Of a stretch of 28,763 nucleotides of DNA, positions 25,377 through 28,763 are shown piece by piece. The DNA is from Verrucomicrobia bacterium UBA3869 (GTDB lineage: Bacteria > Verrucomicrobiota > Verrucomicrobiia > Opitutales > UBA9783). The notes below the pieces were generated by a model. It saw only the letters and a program-made list of their open reading frames with translations, ran no database searches and was not told where the DNA came from. The first letter of the stretch is position 1, and each line of letters opens with the position of its first letter. The stretch covers positions 1 to 28,763 of the forward strand of contig DGGR01000001.1 in assembly GCA_002392285.1 (NCBI GenBank). Reading direction: 5' to 3'. The translations under genes and the position numbers were made by a program.

Positions 25377-26768
25377 TTAGTATAACAACCAAGCTTTCCT
25401 TTGTTGCTTAAATTTCGCTATAGTTTTTTCCCATGAGTTTATTTGAACTCGAATATATTCTTCTGTAAGCGGAAGTCCTGATTCAACCAGTTTAATAATA
25501 TCTGGATCTCCTATGTGGATTTTCCAAAATGCTTGATCATAACGTACGCTTGGCCTTTTAGTGACCCAACAAATATTATAATGAGCTAAGGGCGTACTTG
25601 TCCAGAATTTTAACGATAAATAACTGATGAACGGAATGGGGTAAATCGCCTTGAGCTGTTGGTCTGCTTGATAGAGCTTTAGGACGAATAAACCTGGATT
25701 GAATTGTTCCCAATCGGTAATTTTTAAGTGAATGCCCTTAGTGATCCCGTTACGGACTACTTCGCAGGTTATGCCTGGAACCTGTGCTGCATTTAAGGTT
25801 TCGCACAGAGCGTAGGGATTATGGCAAGCGTGAGGTGAATAAAGAAAGGCAAAGGGTTGAGGAATACCGTCTTTGTGTTCGCGTTGAGCGCTTGAAATCG
25901 TGCGTAAATATTTGCCTATTTGCAGGATAGGAAAGCAGGAATATGCTAAAGCGCTTTCAAAGGTTGGGATGTTAGGAGATGGTGGGGTCCATTGCATGGG
26001 TTTATTCCAAGCTTGCTGGTTCCATACTGTATCTGGCTGATAATGTTCCATCTTGACGACTTTGACATCTGCAGCCGCTAATTGCTCTTGTGTTAAGGGC
26101 TGTAGCCATGGATGGGGTTGATAAGCATGAATCAGCATTGTAGCTAATTCTCCCATGGTCATTCCATGGAGAAAAGGAATGCAATACCCACCGACATAGG
26201 ATTGCAGATTTTGATCCATGATGGGGCCTGATACCTTACGCCCCAAGGGGTTTGGACGATCTAAAATAACGACTTGTTTCCCGTAGCGGATGCATTGTTC
26301 TAATGCGAAGCGCATACAGGTAATGTAGGTATAACACCGTGCGCCTATATCCACTAAATCGATGACTAAAACATCAATGTTCGACAATTGTTTTTTGGTG
26401 GGACTCAAAAGCGGAGGTTGCCCCTGGTTATCATAAAGCGAGAACACCGGGATCCCATTCCACTGTTGCTGTTCGCTTATGTGTTCTCCAGCAGCATATT
26501 GTCCCAATAATCCATGTTCTGGAGTTAAAAAGCATACAATTTGGTCTTTGATGGGCGAGCGATAAAGGACTTCGTATACTGGAATGTTGTGCGAATTTCT
26601 AGCAGCATTATGGGTTAAAATGCCAATTTTTTTGCCTTTTAGTAGCGAAAAATCAGATTGTTCGAGTATATCAATACCCAATTGTAAAGTTGGATGGGCA
26701 TTGAGAATGGGTAAACCTATGAAAGCAGCTCCCAAGATAAACGATAGATAGACTAAGGGTTTCCTCAT
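25377..26768 (-). CDS. DUF1343 family protein (exo-beta-N-acetylmuramidase NamZ-like) with signal peptide
   Basis: 463 aa. It has an N-terminal signal-like LVYLSFILGAAFIGLPILNA, plus TPEHGLLG, DLVDIGARCYTYI, ILDRPNPLG and HGMTMGELA, which are typical of DUF1343. Confidence 0.8.
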   Translation of the reverse strand: MRKPLVYLSFILGAAFIGLPILNAHPTLQLGIDILEQSDFSLLKGKKIGILTHNAARNSHNIPVYEVLYRSPIKDQIVCFLTPEHGLLGQYAAGEHISEQQQWNGIPVFSLYDNQGQPPLLSPTKKQLSNIDVLVIDLVDIGARCYTYITCMRFALEQCIRYGKQVVILDRPNPLGRKVSGPIMDQNLQSYVGGYCIPFLHGMTMGELATMLIHAYQPHPWLQPLTQEQLAAADVKVVKMEHYQPDTVWNQQAWNKPMQWTPPSPNIPTFESALAYSCFPILQIGKYLRTISSAQREHKDGIPQPFAFLYSPHACHNPYALCETLNAAQVPGITCEVVRNGITKGIHLKITDWEQFNPGLFVLKLYQADQQLKAIYPIPFISYLSLKFWTSTPLAHYNICWVTKRPSVRYDQAFWKIHIGDPDIIKLVESGLPLTEEYIRVQINSWEKTIAKFKQQRKAWLLY

Positions 26769-27853
26769 GGTGTTTGATGCAAGAAAGCAGCAATGCGCCG
26801 CTTGTTGTCTTCGTTTTGTGCTGCTTCGATAAAAGGTAGCAGATTACCCTCTAATACTTTGTCTAAGTTATAAGTGGTCATGTTAAGCCGATGATCAGTT
26901 ACGCGATTTTGAGGGAAATTATACGTACGGATACGGTCAGAACGATCTCCGGAACCAACCTGATCTTTGCGCTCTTTGGCATAGGCTTGGGCTTCTTCTG
27001 CTTGTTTTCGGTTTAATAACCGTGAGCGTAGGACTCGCATTGCTTGTTCGCGGTTTTTTTGCTGCGAACGTTCGTTAGCGCAGGTAACAATCATGCCGGT
27101 TGGTTTATGGATAATTTGGACGGCGGATTCTGTTTTGTTGACATGCTGTCCTCCGGCTCCACTAGCACGGCATACGGTAATATCTAAATCTTCTGGCCGA
27201 ATCGCAATTTCTACTTCTTGTGCTTCTGGAAGTACTGCAACGGTTGCTGATGAGGTATGGATGCGTCCATTTGCTTCCGTCACGGGTATGCGTTGGACTC
27301 GGTGCCCGCCGGCTTCATACTTCAGCATTTTATAAACGTGTTCCCCTTGTATCAGGACAATAATTTCCTTAAATCCGCCGCTATCCGATTCATTGCAGGA
27401 TTGTACCTCAATGTGCCAGTGCTGTTGCTCGGCGAATCGTGTATACATACGGTACAAGTCTCCAGCAAATAAGGCTGCTTCCTCGCCTCCTGTTCCAGCA
27501 CGAATTTCCAAGATGGTATTGCGCGAATCATTGGGATCAGGAGGAATCATGGCTAGCAATAACGCTTGCTGTTCCGATTCCAAGCGTTGGTTGAGATCGG
27601 TTTTTTCCTGCAGCATGAGTTCGCGCATTGCTTCATCTTCTTCTGAAGTTAACAACCCCTCTAAATCGTTTAATTGCTGTTGTAGTTGGGTGATTGTCTG
27701 ATGATGCTGAATCGTATTGCTAAGTAATTGATGTTCGCGCGACAAACTCGATAGCAAGGCTTTATCTTTAAAGGTTTCTGGTTGCTCCAACTGCGCATCA
27801 ACGTCAGCCAATCGTTGGCGCATAGGGGCAATATCAGGTAAATGAAATGACAT
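26765..27853 (-). CDS. prfA: Peptide chain release factor 1
   Basis: 362 aa. It has the RF1 tripeptide PVT (QRIPVTE) and the GGQ motif (SGAGGQHVNKTESAV). Confidence 0.95.
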   Translation of the reverse strand: MSFHLPDIAPMRQRLADVDAQLEQPETFKDKALLSSLSREHQLLSNTIQHHQTITQLQQQLNDLEGLLTSEEDEAMRELMLQEKTDLNQRLESEQQALLLAMIPPDPNDSRNTILEIRAGTGGEEAALFAGDLYRMYTRFAEQQHWHIEVQSCNESDSGGFKEIIVLIQGEHVYKMLKYEAGGHRVQRIPVTEANGRIHTSSATVAVLPEAQEVEIAIRPEDLDITVCRASGAGGQHVNKTESAVQIIHKPTGMIVTCANERSQQKNREQAMRVLRSRLLNRKQAEEAQAYAKERKDQVGSGDRSDRIRTYNFPQNRVTDHRLNMTTYNLDKVLEGNLLPFIEAAQNEDNKRRIAAFLHQTP

Positions 27854-27903
27854 GGGAATCAGGAATGTCTATTGTGATTTTGTCTTAAGTAAACCCTATT
27901 ATA

Positions 27904-27979
27904 TGGTGGAGTCGATCGGGATCGAACCGACGACCTTGTCATTGCGAACGACACGCTCTACCAATTGAGCTACGACCCC
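27904..27979 (-). tRNA. tRNA-Ala (anticodon CGC), CCA encoded
   Basis: A hand-folded cloverleaf of GGGGTCGTAGCTCAATTGGTAGAGCGTGTCGTTCGCAATGACAAGGTCGTCGGTTCGATCCCGATCGACTCCACCA. The G3:U70 Ala identity pair is present and the anticodon loop is TT-CGC-AA. Confidence 0.9.
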
Positions 27980-28072
27980 TCCCTATTAGAATAGAAATGG
28001 TTTTTATTGCAAATGCAAATCTAAAGCAAGGACTTTATGGTGTTTGCCAAAACCAACCCTTAGCATTTAGAG

Positions 28073-28420
28073 TTATTTTGCTACGCTTTTGTTACCCCCA
28101 ATAGGGCTTTGGTTTGTGCCTTCTGATACCTTTTGGCTAATGGTGGTCAATTCGGCCTTTTTCGATTGATGATGATAGCGATAAATTTGCGCAATCGATA
28201 AAGCAAGGGTTAAAAGAAAATAGCTACCGATCCCATAGACAGTCCACCGCGTTAACACCTTAGGAGCTTCTCCCCCAAATGCACTTTCAGCAGCTCCACC
28301 TCCTAATGCCGCCCCCATTCCTGAATTGGCGCTAGGTTTTTGCATCAAGATCAGTAAAATTAACCATCCGCATAGGGCAACGAGTGCAATGGAGCTTAAA
28401 ATCACCAAAAAACTAAGCAT
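28073..28420 (-). CDS. secG: Preprotein translocase subunit SecG
   Basis: 115 aa. It has two TM segments flanking a Gly-rich loop (MQKPSANSGMGAALGGGAAESAFGG). Confidence 0.85.
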   Translation of the reverse strand: MLSFLVILSSIALVALCGWLILLILMQKPSANSGMGAALGGGAAESAFGGEAPKVLTRWTVYGIGSYFLLTLALSIAQIYRYHHQSKKAELTTISQKVSEGTNQSPIGGNKSVAK

Positions 28421-28464
28421 ATAAACTTATGTAGATTGATTTTCCTTTTTTGCAACGAAAAAGA

Positions 28465-28763
28465 TTACTTAGGGATATGATTCCAATTATTATTAACGGG
28501 ATGGAAAATCTTGCCGCGGATGATCTGACGATTTTGTTCGCTATAGGGTCTATGATCGTTAAAGAGGTGGTTGAGGATAAAGCGGTAGAGGTTGATAAAC
28601 TTGAGGTCTTTTGCATCGGATTTCCAGGTATCGGGAATATAGAGTGCCAGGAGGTTGCCAAAGCTATCGTCTACTTTGCTTGAATAAATTCCCATACCTG
28701 TGCCGTGATCGGAATGGAGGATGATAATCGGAGGGTTGGGTTGCTGGGTTAGTTGTTTGAGGA
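28465..28763 (-). CDS. Sulfatase-like / alkaline-phosphatase-superfamily protein, C-terminal fragment (5' end off the window)
   Basis: The frame stays open upstream of the tracked ATG. My hand translation gives ...LKQLTQQPNPPIIILHSDHGTGMGIYSS..., which contains the SDHG motif typical of sulfatase, LTA-synthase and EptA-like enzymes. Confidence 0.6.
   Translation of the reverse strand, partial: LKQLTQQPNPPIIILHSDHGTGMGIYSSKVDDSFGNLLALYIPDTWKSDAKDLKFINLYRFILNHLFNDHRPYSEQNRQIIRGKIFHPVNNNWNHIPK

Noticed and set aside
27880-27903. TATAAT immediately after the tRNA-Ala 3' end as a prfA promoter
   Set aside because: The corresponding -35 would lie inside the tRNA T-arm (TTCGAT, a poor match). Co-transcription with the tRNA is equally plausible.
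28413-28683. ORFs of 82 aa (minus strand) and 77 aa (plus strand) overlapping the last gene
   Set aside because: A third frame on the minus strand continues open to the window edge. That frame carries a recognisable SDHG sulfatase-family motif, so these two are alternative-frame artefacts.
1-28763. CRISPR arrays, transposases, integrases, IS or prophage remnants, toxin-antitoxin or known defence genes, rRNA, tmRNA, RNase P RNA
   Set aside because: I looked for them but found no tandem repeat-spacer structure, no recombinase-like ORF and no matching conserved RNA cores.

Overview
This is a mostly housekeeping bacterial chromosomal window (roughly mid-40s % GC by eye) with dense gene packing and almost no Shine-Dalgarno sequences. 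I cannot assign a phylum from sequence alone. On the minus strand, 1-5901 holds an F1Fo ATP synthase operon (atpB-E-F-H-A-G-D, atpD truncated by the window edge). It is preceded by a CPBP/CAAX-type membrane protease and tRNA-Val(GAC). Next come glgC (-) and glmS, a Nif3-like gene and kdsB (+). The 470-bp gap with no ORFs at 10750-11222 contains a 4.5S/SRP RNA on the minus strand and a promoter-to-terminator unit with no ORF that may be a small RNA. After that come archaeal-type proS (+), an OleC-like ANL adenylating enzyme (-) and alaS (-). A cell-surface glycan cluster follows: SAM methyltransferase, UDP-sugar epimerase, putative beta-barrel, PglK/MsbA-type ABC exporter, FdtA-like ketoisomerase, DegT aminotransferase, tRNA-Val(CAC) and a terminator. 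The last minus-strand run is secG, tRNA-Ala(CGC), prfA, a DUF1343/NamZ-like gene, a His/Cys-rich orphan, murA and a low-complexity orphan. A partial sulfatase-like gene sits at the right edge. I saw no CRISPR array, transposase, integrase, or recognisable defence or toxin system, and I cannot point to a clear novel multi-gene system. The best leads are the His/Cys-rich protein upstream of murA, the ORF-less transcription unit beside ffs, the solitary OleC-like gene, a truncated ATP synthase delta subunit, and the beta-barrel/ABC/amino-sugar cluster. All homology calls come from motif recognition by eye, not from database searches.
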